In this document: piece by piece, positions 32,138-45,191 of the stretch
Layout of the letters: every line of letters begins with the position of its first letter
Position numbering within the stretch: the first letter of the stretch is position 1
Source of the DNA: Azolla caroliniana
Lineage: Eukaryota; Plantae; Polypodiophyta
Reading direction: 5' to 3'
Assembly (NCBI GenBank): GCA_043228905.1
Contig: JBHGNT010000015.1
Span: 4,340,001 to 4,404,000, forward strand
DNA: 64,000 bases
Program-made: the position numbers and the translations under genes
The notes under the pieces: generated by a model
Database searches by the model: none
What the model was told of the DNA's origin: nothing
What the model saw: only the letters and a program-made list of their open reading frames with translations

Positions 32138-35100
32138 ATGGACGATTCGTTTGGCGGCATGTTCAAGCTCACCGACTCCAACTATTCAGTGTGGAAGTCG
32201 AAGATGAGGGACATGCTCGTGGTTAAAGACCTCTGGCTGCCGGTTCAGTTCGGGGACAAGAGGCCGGACAAAATCGACGCCGCGATATGGGAGGTGATGC
32301 ACATAAAGACAACGGCGTACATACGGTGCTTTATCGACATGAGCCTATACAACAACTTCAATGAAGAGAGCAGGGCTCATGAGCTCTAGGAGAAGATCGG
32401 CATAATGTTTCAAAACAAAAATGCTGTTAACCAGGTTTCGGTATTCCGGAAGCTAGTAAGACTCCAGTACCAAGATGGCTCCAGCATGGCGGAGCACATG
32501 AATGCCTTCCAGGGGCTGATCCACCAGGCAACTTCATTAGAAGTACCTCTCGCGGATGAGGTACTAGCGTTACTCCTGCTCGGTTCCCTCCCGGATAGCT
32601 GGGAGACGTTGGTTGTCACTTTGGGCAACGCCGGACCGGAAGGAAAGAGGTTATCCCTAGCAAGAGTAAAGTCGAGCTTGCTAGATGAGGAGGCGCGTCG
32701 GAAAGACAAATATACGAGCTCCGACTCCAAAGCGCTCCTTACCGAATCGGAACGTGGAAGACAGAGAAACCGTAGTCCCCAGAACCGGGAGAAGTCGGGG
32801 ACATGGTCAAAGTCAAGGAGGAGGCCTACTTCCTTCTATTGCGGCAAGCCAGGACACTTCCAAAAGAACTGTCGGCATTTCCGTAAAGACAAGGAAACCG
32901 ACGGTACCGATTTAAAGCGGACACCGGACCGGAACGGCAAAGACCGTAGGGGACCAGACCGGAAGGGAACGACGGCAATTGCGCCAAGTGAAGAGGAGTT
33001 GATGCTCATCACCGAGGAGAGTGAGATAAACCTTGCCGACGACGAGATGACCTGGGTGGTAAACTACGGAGCGTCGTTCCACCTTACCCCGGACTGGAAA
33101 CGCTTCTCATCCTACTCAGCCGGTGATCACGGCTGTGTCCGGATGGGGAATGAAGGTACATGCCGAATTGTCGGCATAGGAGACGTGTGGCTGTCAACAC
33201 CAACCGGATGCAAGTTGCTGCTGAGGGATGTCCAACACGTTCCGGAGGTTCGATTGAACCTGATATCAGCCGGTCGGCTAGATGATGAGCGCTCCACGGG
33301 TAGTATCCGGAACGGCGTCATGAAGTTCAGCAAAGGGAGCCTGATTGTGGCTCGGGCCCGGAAGGTAAACACACTGTACCTGATGAATGCCCGGTTATGC
33401 CCTGAAGAAGTGAACATGGCATCCGACACTGCTGGTGAGTTGTGGCACAAGAGGCTGTGTCATATGAGCGAGAAGGGGATGAAGAGGCTTGCAGACGACA
33501 ACCTCATTCCAGTGAAGAACATGCACTTGGAGAAGTGCACTAACTGTCTGGCCGGTAAGCAAAACCGCACCTCCTTCCGATCAAGGCCATCGATGAGACA
33601 TAATGAACCACTGGAGTTGGTGCATACGGATGTGTGTCAAGTAGACACGAAGTCACATGCCGGAGCGCAGTACTTCGTGACGTTCATAGATGACCACAGC
33701 CGGAAGCTGTGGGCCACACCGTTGAAGACGAAGGATCAGGTGTTATCCGTCTTCAAAGAGCTCCACGCGAGAGTGGAAAGAGAAACTAGCCGGAAGCTGA
33801 AGGCGGTTCGAGCAGATAACGGAGGAGAATACCGGGGACAGTTCGAGGAGTACTGCCGCTCGAAGGGAATCCGGCTTGAATTTACTGTGCCGAAGACGCC
33901 GGAACTAAATTGGCTGGCCGAGAGGATGAACCGGACCATCATGGAGAGGGTTTGGAGTATGCTAGCACATGCAAAACTACCCAAGAAGATTTGGGCTGAG
34001 GCACTGTCGACAACGACATACGTGATAAACAGATCACCCTCAGTACCCTTGGACAGAGACACACCACAGAGGGTCTGGACCGGTAAAGAAGTGTCCTACC
34101 GGCATCTGAAGGTGTTCGGGTGTCTCGCGTACGTGCATGTAGCTAAGGACCGGAGAGGAAAGTTAGACCCAAAGACCCGGCCATGCATATTCCTCGGTTA
34201 CGGCGACGATGAGTTCGACTACCGAGTGTGGGACCCGGTCGACAAGAAGGTATTCCGGAGTCGAGATATTATCTTCATGGAGGACAAGACGCTCGTCGAC
34301 TGGGAGTCGGAGAAGAAGATAATGAACTCTGAGTCGACTGATAAGGATAGACTCTACGATGAGCAAACCCAACCAGCAAGAGACCGGTTAGCACTCGAGG
34401 AACCAGCCGGTTACGGTGAGGATACCGAACCGGCAGAAGAAGAGGTAGAGGAAGCTGAGACCGGAACCGGCCAAGACCCCGAATCGGATTCGGATGAAGA
34501 GCAAATGGAGGAGCCGGTTACCGAAGCCCGAAGACGTAGATATCCTCTCAGAGAGAGAAGGCCCCCCCGGAGATTACGGGATGCAGAGCATGTTCTGCTA
34601 ACCGATGAGGGGGAGTCGGAAAGCTTCGAAGAAGCGAAGGCAGACACCCACAACCGAAAATGGTTAAGTGCCATGCAGGATGAGATGGATTCCCTGCATG
34701 AGAACCATACGTACGAATTGGTGGAGTTGCCGAAAGGAAAGCGGGCACTCCGAAACAAGTGGGTGTACAAGTTGAAACCGGGAGATGCCGGCAACCCCCC
34801 AAGATACAAAGCCAGGATCGTGGTGAAGGGGTTCCAACAGAAGAAGGGCGTGGACTTCGACGAGATATTTGCCCCGATAGTAATGATGACCTCCATCCAG
34901 ATGATGCTGAGTATAGCGGCACGCATGGAGCTTGAGGTAGAGCAGCTGGACGTGAAGAAGGCATTCCTTCACGGCGACCTCGAAGAGGAGATCTACATGC
35001 AGCAACCGGAAGGATTCGTGGAGAAAGGGAAGGAGCACCTGGTATGCCGACTGAAGAAGAGCCTGTACGGACTAAAGCAGGCTCCCCGACAATGGTACCG

Positions 35101-36184
35101 GAAGTTCGACTCTTTCATGACCGATCAAGGGTACCCCAAGACGCAGGCCGATCACTGTGTGTTTGTGAAGAAGTTCGAAGAAGTTGACTTCCTGATACTC
35201 CATCTGTACGTGGATGACGTGTTGATCATCGGACGGGACCAAGTCAAAATACGGATGCTGAAGAAGGCTCTCAACCGGACCTTCTCAATGAAAGACTTGG
35301 GTTCGGCAAGGCAGATGCTGGGGATGCACATCATTCGGGACCGGTCAGCGAAGCAATTATGGCTGTCACAGGAGAAGTACGTGACAAAGGTGCTTCACCG
35401 GTTCAACATGTTAGATGCGAAACCGGTCGGATCGACACTTCCGGCAAACTACAAGCTATCTGATAAGCAAAGCCCAAAGACGAAAGCAGAGAAGGCGGAT
35501 ATGATGAAGATTCCACATGCCTCTGCCGTCGGGAGCTTGATGTACGCAATGGTGTGTACCCGACCGGATATAGGATACGCAGTCGGAGTGGTGAGCCGGT
35601 TTATGAGCAATCCCGGCAAGGAGCACTGGTACGCGGTCAAATGGATACTCCGGTATTTGAAGGGCACTTCAAGTATGTGTCTCCGATTCGGCTCAGGAAA
35701 ACCTCAACTGGACGGTTTCACCGATTCAGACATGTCGGCTGATGTGGATACCAGCCGGTCTACATCCGAGTATGTAATGACATATGCAGGGGGAGCTGTT
35801 TCGTGGCAGTCGAGGTTGTAGAAGACGGTTGCATTGTCAACCACGGAGGCGGAGTACATGGCGGTTGTGGAAGCCGGCAAGGAAATATTATGGATGAAGG
35901 AATTCGTCGGAGAGCTCGGTATCCGGCAAGAGGAATACCGACTCTATTGCAACAGTCAAAGTGCCATCCACCTTGCTAAGAATGCGGCCTACCATTCCCA
36001 GACGAAGCATATCCAGCGGAGGTATCACTAGATGCGGGAAAGAGTAGACGACCAGGAGTTCGCACTGACGAAGATCCACACGGCCGAGAACGGGTCAGAT
36101 ATGCTGACCAAAGTGCTGATACCCGACAAGCTGGATGCATGCCGGAAGAGAATCGGACTGGTAAGACATCCCATACCGGAGTGA
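32138..36184 (+). pseudogene. Copia-2 Gag-Pol with in-frame TAG stops at 32387, 35819 and 36029
   Basis: All copia domains are in one frame; the protease Asp is changed (VVNYGAS) and the first knuckle Cys is lost. Confidence 0.93.
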
Positions 36185-36235
36185 AGGGGGAGTTTGTTGG
36201 GAGACAGGTCCCTCCGGATGGGATGAGAAACCGTA

Positions 36236-36670
36236 TGAGGAGTACCCGGCTACGGAGAGCCGGATGATATAGACCCGGTGAAGACCGGATGAGGAGTACC
36301 CGACTACGGAGAGCCGGATGATACAGACCTGGTGAAGACCGGATGAGGAGTACCCGGCTACGGAGAGCCGGATGATACAGACCCAGTGAAGACCGGATGA
36401 GGAGTACCCGGCTACGGAGAGCCGGATGATACAGACCCGGTGAAGATCGGATGAGGAGTACCCGGCTACGGAGAGCCGGATGATACAGACCCGGTGAAGA
36501 CCGGATGAGGAGTACCCGGTTACGGCGAGCCGGATGATACAGACCTGGTGAAGACCGGATGAGGAGTACCCGGCTACGGAGAGCCGGAAGATACAGACCC
36601 GGTGAAGACCGGATGAGGAGTACTCGGTTGCAGAGACCCGGATGATACAGACCTGGTGAAGACCGGATGA
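36236..36670 (+). repeat. 54-bp tandem array (8 units) in the Copia-2 3' LTR
   Basis: Same unit as 31377-31650. Confidence 0.95.
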
Positions 36671-39242
36671 AGAGACATATTCGTAAATATGTTTCTAAGA
36701 GTCCATCGAGGCTATATTTGTAAATAGCCGAAAAGTCATATTAGTATAAATATGACTTAGGGCAAACTTTTATATTGTCGTTGTAGTTGTCATTCTTGTT
36801 TGTAGAAGAATAGAGAGAGCGTGTAACTGTGTACAGACAGAGAGAGAGAGAGAAAGAGGTCGTTGCCTCTGTTGTAACCGCCGCCTGTGGCGAAGATCTG
36901 TGAGCACGAGGTCGTTGCCTCAGTGAACTCACTATTGTACATTCTTACATAGTGATAGTTTGCAGCCTGTGGGCTGCCGTGGTTTTTCCCCTAGTTTAGG
37001 GTTTTCCACGTAAACCTCCTGTGTATCTTCCTCTTCTTTGTGTCGTGTTTTATTTCCCATTTTTCTGTGTATCATTCTAAGCTCGGTTGTGGCCGAGCGT
37101 TGCGCATAAGGAGAGTTGAGTTTCCGTCATCTTGTTCTCCAATATTGTATCAATCTTCTCGCACAACTCATTGGCCTTGTTCTCTTTATTAAAGTTATTG
37201 TACACGCTCATGTCGATGAAGCATCAAATGTATGCCGTCGTTTTCATGTGCATTACCTCCTAGGTCGCAACATCAATCTTGTCCAGTCTTTTGTCCTCAA
37301 ACTATACCAATAACCAGAGATCTTTGACCACTAACATATCCGTCATCTTCGACTTCCATACTGGGTAGTTGGAGCCAGTGAGCTTGAACATGCCTCCGAA
37401 TGAGTCTTCCATTTTTTGTTTGTTTGAAGTTTAGGACTTCACTCTGATACTAGATTGAATGGAATAGTGCTCGGCCACAACTGAGTCTCAATCACTTGAT
37501 GGAAGAAGTGGGAAATAATATAATAGATAGAATGCGCTTATGTATAAAATATGAGACGACACAAAATGTTAACATGGAAAACCCTAATCAGCAAAAACCA
37601 CAGGAGCCCACAAACTCCCACTATCAGTATGAGAGATGAAGGGTACAATAGGAGACTCAGAGGTAATGACCTTGAGTTCTATATCTTCACCTACATGCAA
37701 TTACAACTGAAACTAGCTCTCTCTCTTTCTCTCTCTCCCTCTCCCTCTCTCTCTCTTTGCAACAACTACAAAGACAACAACAATCTAACCTATTTGCCCT
37801 AAGTTATATTTATAGTTATATAACTTACGGGCTATTTACAAATGTGGCCTCAACGGCCCATAATAAACATATTTACAAATATGTCTCTCTTCACGGTGTC
37901 GTGCGGATCCGTCACTACGCGCGGATCGTGAGGCGGAACCGGCGGGGTCCTGGACCGGAAGGATTCGAAGTTTGTACTAGTTTAATGAAAAAGTATTTAA
38001 TATAGATTGGGAGAGAGAGATTGAGATTAAGATTCCAATTTTAAAACAGATTCAGAACGATTGAAATAGAAAGAGAGATTAAGATTGAACCCTTGACTTT
38101 AGATTTGAGGAACAAGGTATATATCATCAAAAGGATAACGAATTTTCTTCTTAATAGTAATTTTGATATAAAGTACAAAGCTCCCTTTGATCTTTTTCAT
38201 CCACTCTTTTATAGATGCTCCCATGCATATGATGCATGTGAGGGTACAAGACATGCATACAATGCATGAAATGCATGTGATGCATGTTTGCCATTTGGCG
38301 CTCATGCATCACATGTCACTCAATCAAGCTCTAATATGAGAATTTACATGTAAAGCTATAATGATAAAAATATAATCCCTAAAGAAATGGCTTGGCTTAA
38401 TGGTAAGCCTATTACTTCCTATCTTGGAGGTGCAAAGTTTGAGTCTTGCTTACATCTTCTTTTATGCACAAAATACTATTAGGCTTTTGGACCAAATATC
38501 TTTAAGACACCATGCACCGCGATCAATTGACCCGACCGATCTGTCCAATTTGCATCCGTTTGGTCCGGCCCAATCCGCATCCCGATTTGGTTAGGTCTGC
38601 ATCCCGAGTCGCTTGCCGATGACCGGCCTATCGTTGTTTGCTGGTAGCCGGTGTCGTGAAGAAAACCGGCCATAGGCGGAATCAGAGAAAATGGCGCATG
38701 AACTGGCTCTTACACGGATGGACGCGTGAATTGATATTTTGATATTTTGTACATGATTCATAATTGGGTCGGCTGATGTAAATACTAAGTAGTACACATT
38801 TATTAGCAGATTGTGCGTACCTCTATCAAAAGGGACAGGGAATAAAGCGATTTGACTAGGGAGAAAGGGCACCCCCTTTTTGCGAACTATTTGAGGGAGA
38901 GAAGGAAGAAAAGGGGATCGCGTGTGAGGGAGGACGAAGTGTTGCAGGACCGAGTGTCGAGCTCTCTTCTCTCCTCCGATCGTCGGTCTCTGTGGGGTCG
39001 GCAGTTCGCTGCCTCTGCTTCGTGGACAGCCCGTGCGCTTTGAGCAGAGGCTCTCCCCTTTTTGTTTGTTTGAGTCGGGTTTGTTCTGTCGGTATGCGTG
39101 AGTAGGATCCCCGTGTCGGGTCCATTGCCGCCTTGCCGGTTCTAATCGTTAGAGTTTGCAATCTCTAAATATGGTAATCTACTGTTAGTGTAATTAAGTG
39201 TGCCATTTGTTTCCCTTTCCTTCTCCCTGTTGTGTGTCTAGA

Positions 39243-39279
<37 letters not shown>

Positions 39280-39385
39280 TCCTCGGTTGAAGGCCCCGTG
39301 GTCTCGCCTCTTTCTGTACACGTGCGCGTAACAATACGACATATTTGGTGAACCAGATGTGAAAAGGTGGCAAGGGAGTTGAAAG

Positions 39386-41520
39386 ATGAGGGGATCGGAG
39401 CTAGCGGAGGCAATGGCGGTAGCCGTCGACCAGCTGGTAAGCGCTCGTGAGGGGACGGGTACCCTCGACAGAGCCATTCAATCGATCGTCGACACTATAG
39501 GCCGGTTCAGAGGGAAAGAGGCCACAAGTTATTTGGAGGATTCACGGGCTGAAATGATCATGAGGGATATCCCAGTGGACAGGTGCCTGTCCGGATTCCC
39601 CTGACTAGTGACGCCGAGCATCCACGCGGAGGTGCTCGAGGTGCTGGCCGGATGCCAGACTTGGGAGGAGTTCGAGCTGCAGCTCCTCGAGAAGTATGGG
39701 CTTGACAACTTGCTTCGGCTGTTGAGGCGGAACTTCATGGCGTGGGTGGAAAGGCCCGGAAAAGGGAGGAACACATCAGCGCTCCTCCAAGAGTTCGAAA
39801 AACGGTTCGCGCGACTGTCGACGTTGGACCGGATCATGCTCGAAATGAGTCGAGTACTATTGTTTGTCAAGTCGGTGGACGCGTTCGACAGGGAAAAGGT
39901 GGGTCCCCTATTGGAAACGGACGAAGGGCTCACGGCAGACTGGGCCGTGGTAAAACGGGTCTGCAGCCATTTCGACAAACGACGCGATTGGAGCGACGAA
40001 AACTCGTTGGGGTCAGAGCCGGTCCTGGCGAGGAGGCTCGAGGAGCCGGTATCGGTGCCAGCCGGAAGGAAGGAAGAGACCCGAATCTGGCTAGAGTCGG
40101 GGTTGGCATCGAACGACATGGTCATAGGCCCATCCGGAGGAGTGGCTCTGGAGGAGTTGACACAGATGGTGCGTGACCTGCAGATCGCACAGGCCCGGAG
40201 AGCCAATGGCGAACAACATCACGACTGGAGGCCGCCGGCTGGGCAGCGGTGCATGTAGTGTGACGCAATCGGTCACATTCGGAAGGATTACGCAGATTTC
40301 GCCGACGCACTCAAGACCAACGTGGTGTACCTCTGGAACAGGCAGGTGCACGCGAGCGAGACCTGGAGAGCCCTAGAACTGAATACGGGGCAAGGCAGAA
40401 TGAAGAGGTTGATGGAAGAGGCCGTGGCATGGCATGTAGAAGCCGTCAACTACTCAATGTCAGCGGGAATTCAGGTCGGGGGTGACGAGTCCCGAAAGGT
40501 GAAGGACTCTGGATTCTGGCCGCTAGTGCTAGAAGGCTTCTCCGGAGTTCGGTTGAAGAAGGAAGAGGCAGACCGCGCGGAACAGCAGGTCCAGGAGGTC
40601 ATCGGATGGGACGATCTGGTCAAAGAGAAAACGGGCTTCGTAGAAGCTGCTTGCCAGAACTACGAGGTTCTGGTGGAAGACAAACGGGCAGGAAAGGCCG
40701 GGGGGGTGGGTCCCCCGCAGAGGTATGAGACCCGGTTCGGACCGAAACCGACAGGTGCCGGCAATCCAGGCGCGCCGGACAGAAAGAAGCAGGCAGGGTT
40801 TCGGTTGAGCACCGAAATCGAGAGAGCAACAGACCGACGAAAGGTCCTTGAAGAGCGGATCCTCGACAGTAAAGTGGAGTTGTCGTTGTGGGAGGTGCTG
40901 GGAATCGCCAAGAGGGAGTTCCACGACTCCATCGTACACTTGGTGAAGCGGAAGAGGCTCTTGACGGAGCCAGAACCGAAGAAGCCGGTGGAGGTGCAGA
41001 CTACGCACTTAGAAGACGCGGTCCTAGAAGGCGAGTTGGCGGAAAGCCACTACGCGAAGCCGCATTGGGCCAGGGCAACTACGGAAACCCCTGTCGGATC
41101 AGCGATGTTCCGGAACCGGTGGTGGCCTTGGTAGACCATAGATCCAAAATCAACCTGATGTCCATGGATTTCTACAAGTGAGGTAAATGGCCGATCAACA
41201 CCAAGCACGGGTGGAAGATACGCACGACGACGCATGCTACGGAGGAGCTGCATGGGGCGTGCCCGAATATACGCGTAAAGGTCGGTGACGTGGAGATAGA
41301 TCAACATTTCTTCGTGCAGGAAACATCCTCGCATCCAGTGATTCTCAGCGAACCATACATTATGGCAGCGCACATGGAGACGAAAGTGCTGGACAACGGT
41401 TCGGCATACGCGCGCGTCAAGAGCCAGGACGGTCGGCATTCCGTTCAATTCATGACCGTACGACCGAACCATGAGAGGAATCGCGAGACCCTCGATGGCG
41501 GCAACCAAGGGGACTTTTAG
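39386..41520 (+). pseudogene. gag-protease ORF of D
   Basis: FRGKEATSYL, a knuckle remnant, HWARATTETP, VDHRSKINL; ends GAC TTT TAG. Confidence 0.87.
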
Positions 41521-44016
41521 AGAGGGTTATCAAGGCGTGGGGCCGTGGTAGTCCGGACGTATTGGAAGAACCCCACACATGTACAGTAGGTAGGAAGTTT
41601 TGGTTCTCCGAAAACGGAGGTTGTACTATAATCGGCGTCAACGGCCGGGAGAGGAAGCGAGCGGAGGAGCGGCTCAGGGGATGCAGAGTCCTCTTCCCCG
41701 ACGAAGACATCAGCGGCGCTGTGGAGGCGGTCTCTTTTGACGACACCTTGGGCGAACTACGAAAGGTGATCGGTGAAGACCTTAGAGAAGACCGGACTGT
41801 TCCGGTTAGTTCAATGGGAATGTACGAAGTCATCGCGGACTTTGGGGAAAGGATCGGGTCGGATCGGACGACCCGCGTGGATATGAAGTACAAAACTGTG
41901 GACCGGAAGGTGAGGCCGGTCACGGCACCCTTGCCGGAGGGCAGCGAGGAGCGGATAAAGGGGGTCGCGTCGGACCCAAGTTTACGGAATCCGGCTGGCA
42001 TAGAGCACCGGTTCACCAACATAACGCTATGGGAGCTCAAGGTTGGTGGGGGTGGCCTCCTACTGCCGGCGGAGGAGAACAGGTTTCGGAGGATGCTCGG
42101 AAGGCATGGGAAAGCATTCGCGTTCTCGCCGGGGCAGATCGGGTGCGTGGACCCGACGATCGTCGAACCGATGGTGATCTTCACGGTACCGCATGTACCG
42201 TGGGATCTCAAACCGATTCCGGTGCCGAGAGCTCACATCCTGAAGTTGATGGAGCTTCTGAAGCAAAAGGTGGAGATGGGCATCCTCGAACCATCAAGTG
42301 CCCCGTATTTGAATCGGTGGTTTACGGTGCCGAAGAAGAACGGCACGTTGCGCTTCATTCAGGACCTGCAACCGGTCAACAATGTCACCATCCGCAATGC
42401 AGGAATCGGACCGACCATAGACGAGTTTGTAGAGGCCTTCACTGGAAGGTCGATCTATTCGGTCGGTGACTTATACTCGGGGTAGGACCAGTTCCAGCTA
42501 GCCATGGAGAGCAAGGATATCACGACGATGCGAACCCCTCTTGGCCTAGTACGGATGTGTACCCTACCACAAGGCGGGACAAATTCGGTGGCGCAAATGG
42601 TAAACGCAATGAACAAGGTGCTAAGGGACTGCATCCCGGACATCACCATGCCATTCTTAGACGACATCCCGATAAAGGGGTGTCCGGTTGATGACGCGGA
42701 CGAGACTGTCGGGCCAGACGGATGTCGGAGGTTCGTCGTGAACCACATCAACGACTGCGAGAAGGTGCTGCAGAGGCTCAAAAACGCACGACTCACCTTT
42801 TCCGGAGAAAAATTGGCATTTGGGCAGTTGGATATCTTCGTGGTCGAACACCTGTGTGGGCCCTACGGTAGGAAACCGTCTCTGGCAAAGGTAGAGGCAC
42901 ACGGAGTCGGTACGGAGACTAAAGGAGGCGCTTATGGTAGCGTCAGCTCTCCGTAAAGCGGTTTACGGCAAGGATGTCCCCGTTTGGGTGACGGTGGACA
43001 TGAGCCCGACCGGGATCGGGTGGGTAATCAGTCAGGAGGACAAGGAAGGCATACGATTCCCGATCCGGTTCGGGGCGAACGTATTGAGCGAGCGGCAGCG
43101 AGGATATGCCCAACTTAAGCGCGAGCTTTGGGGTATCGTTTCGGCAGTCAAGGCTGACAAGAACTATCTGATCAGGACGGAGGTGATCATCGAAACGGAC
43201 TGCCTGCCGATACTCGGCATGGTTTCTGGATGCTCGACGCCGGAACTAGCAATGCTCCGGTGGATAGCGTACATTAAGTCCTTGAACCCAGAGATACGGC
43301 ACATCTCCGAAAAGGATAACGCCATGGCCGACATGCTTTCGAGAGCGAGGTTCAACGACGAAGACAACATGGTTTCGGATGACGAAGAAATCGGCGAGGA
43401 CTTCTTTGGGTCGCCTAACGTTACGACGAGGAAAAGGGACACTCTGGCGTTTAACGAATTTGACGAAAGCAAGTACTAAAGGGAGTGACTCCAAATCGGG
43501 AGGTTCCTAAGGACGATGACGCCGGACGTAGCATGGACGAGAGAAGAGGCGAGCCAGGTACGGAAGAAGGCGTACAGATTCTTCCTGCGGGACAAGTGCA
43601 TATGGAGGCACCCAAAGAAGAGAAACAACATCCTGCTCTGAGTAGTGGCAAATAAAGAAGAACAGGAGGAACTACTGGCGGCGTTTCACGAGTGTCCCTG
43701 AGCCGGGCACTGCGGAACGTGGGCCACGTTCGAGAAGTTGAAGGAGAAGTTCTAGTGGCCAGGGATGTACCAGGACGTGCATCGGTTCGTAACGAACAAG
43801 ACATTTCAGTGACAGGGTTTATGCCGGCAGAGATGATGTACGGACAGAAGCCGATCATGCCAGTGGAACAGACGATTTCTTCATGGGCGGCGGTAGATTG
43901 GAAGGACGAGATGAGCCAGGAGGAGTTGCTGGCGCTACGGATTCGGCAACTCGAGCGGAGGCCGGAGGACATGAAACGGGCGAAGGAACAAGACCTGGTT
44001 CAACCGAACGCACCGG
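41511..44016 (+). pseudogene. pol of D, first copy (RT, RNaseH, deleted IN; tail continues at 52013-52305)
   Basis: GDLYSG, LPQGGTNS, FLDD, ETDCLP; two internal deletions relative to the second copy. Confidence 0.87.
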
Positions 44017-44554
44017 CGTCGTGACGTGGCTCGCCTAGAAGCGTAGCGTTGCGCACACAAAGGATAACGTGAAAGTGAGGAAGGAATCACTGGGATTATG
44101 GACGGAAGAGACGAAAGAGTAGAGATGGAGTGAATAGAGATCAATAAGATATGACAAAATAGGATTTTTAAGGAATATAAGATAAGACAAGATAAGATAT
44201 AAAATAATATATGAGAAAGTGTATGAAATTTATAATCATTTTCATGAAAGAGTTACAAAATGATTGTACACGTCGTTGATCCTCCGAACTTTGTCTTGCA
44301 AGGTAATCGCTCTTCTCTTTCTTGATCGTAGACCACTACAATCTTCACTTCAATATTTTGATGAAGATAAGGCTCGAACCGCCTCCCTCTTGTTGAGAGT
44401 TGACCACCACGACCGCCAAGCTAGAGCTCCACCTTTTTCTTGACTTCTTCCTTTCTTTCTCTATTTTATGATATCTCTTATGTAATATATATTTGATTGA
44501 TATCTCATACACCTCTCCCTTTGATCTTCTCTTTCACCATTTAAATAGGTGCCC

Positions 44555-44660
44555 CCATGCATATGATGCATTGGAGGGTACAAGTCATGCATGTAGTGCA
44601 TGAAATGCATGTGATCCATGATCGCCATTTGGCGTTCATGCATTACATGTGATGCATGAT
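44555..44660 (-). promoter_or_regulatory. CATGCA/TGCATG (RY-like) cluster just upstream of the LTR TATA-like box
   Basis: Multiple RY hexamers in about 100 bp; a homologous block is present in the C and G LTRs. Confidence 0.55.
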
Positions 44661-44743
44661 AAACATCTCGCTCATTTGAGCTTTTATGTATGAAACAATA
44701 TATGCAATAACAATAAACATGAAAATATAGTTTTAAAGAGAAA

Positions 44744-44802
44744 GGGCCTAGCCTAATGGTAGGTGTGTGACTTTGGTGTATGAGGTTGTGGGTTCAAGTC
44801 TC
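44744..44802 (+). promoter_or_regulatory. tRNA-like A-box/B-box cassette in the E LTR (second cassette at 44913-44970; both repeated in the other LTR)
   Basis: TAGCCTAATGG ... GGTTCAAGTC at tRNA-like spacing. Confidence 0.55.
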
Positions 44803-45191
44803 AAAATACTATTGAATACAACATACAACTTTATTTTTATATCGTGAAGCAAAGCCTTTATGTAATATAAAGTATATATAAAGTATGCTTTATTTTATGT
44901 ATATTACTAGTATAGAGTTAAATGGTAAGATTTGAGAGTCATAGGGTGGGGTTATTGGTTCAAGTCCTCTCTTGTTCGTGTAATATAATATATTTATCTA
45001 TATGTATATATTATTTTTCTTTATATATATATAATATTATCATATGTGTTGTTAATATTATCTTTATATATAAAACATTATCAAATGTTATTTTCATTAC
45101 GTATTTATCTTATTGTAGACTTTTAATGTGAAGCTTTCGTACTTCACGACATCCACCCCCTCTAGACCTGCACATCCTCCGGCATGTGCCA

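Larger units (their letters stand above)
31299..37129 (+). mobile_element. Copia-2: full-length copia element with premature stops
   Basis: LTRs 31299-32109 (811 bp) and 36195-37129 (935 bp), PBS TGGTATCAGAGC at 32112, PPT at 36181-36192, TSD TTTTG/TCTTG. Confidence 0.96.

Noticed and set aside
32387-32389. Programmed stop readthrough in Copia-2 gag
   Set aside because: Copia-3 has TGG at the same codon, so it is a G-to-A mutation.
36236-36670. CRISPR-like array
   Set aside because: Contiguous 54-bp units with no unique spacers, inside an LTR, and no cas genes.
44744-44802. Functional tRNA gene
   Set aside because: No convincing acceptor or anticodon stems could be folded; kept only as a tRNA-like box cassette.
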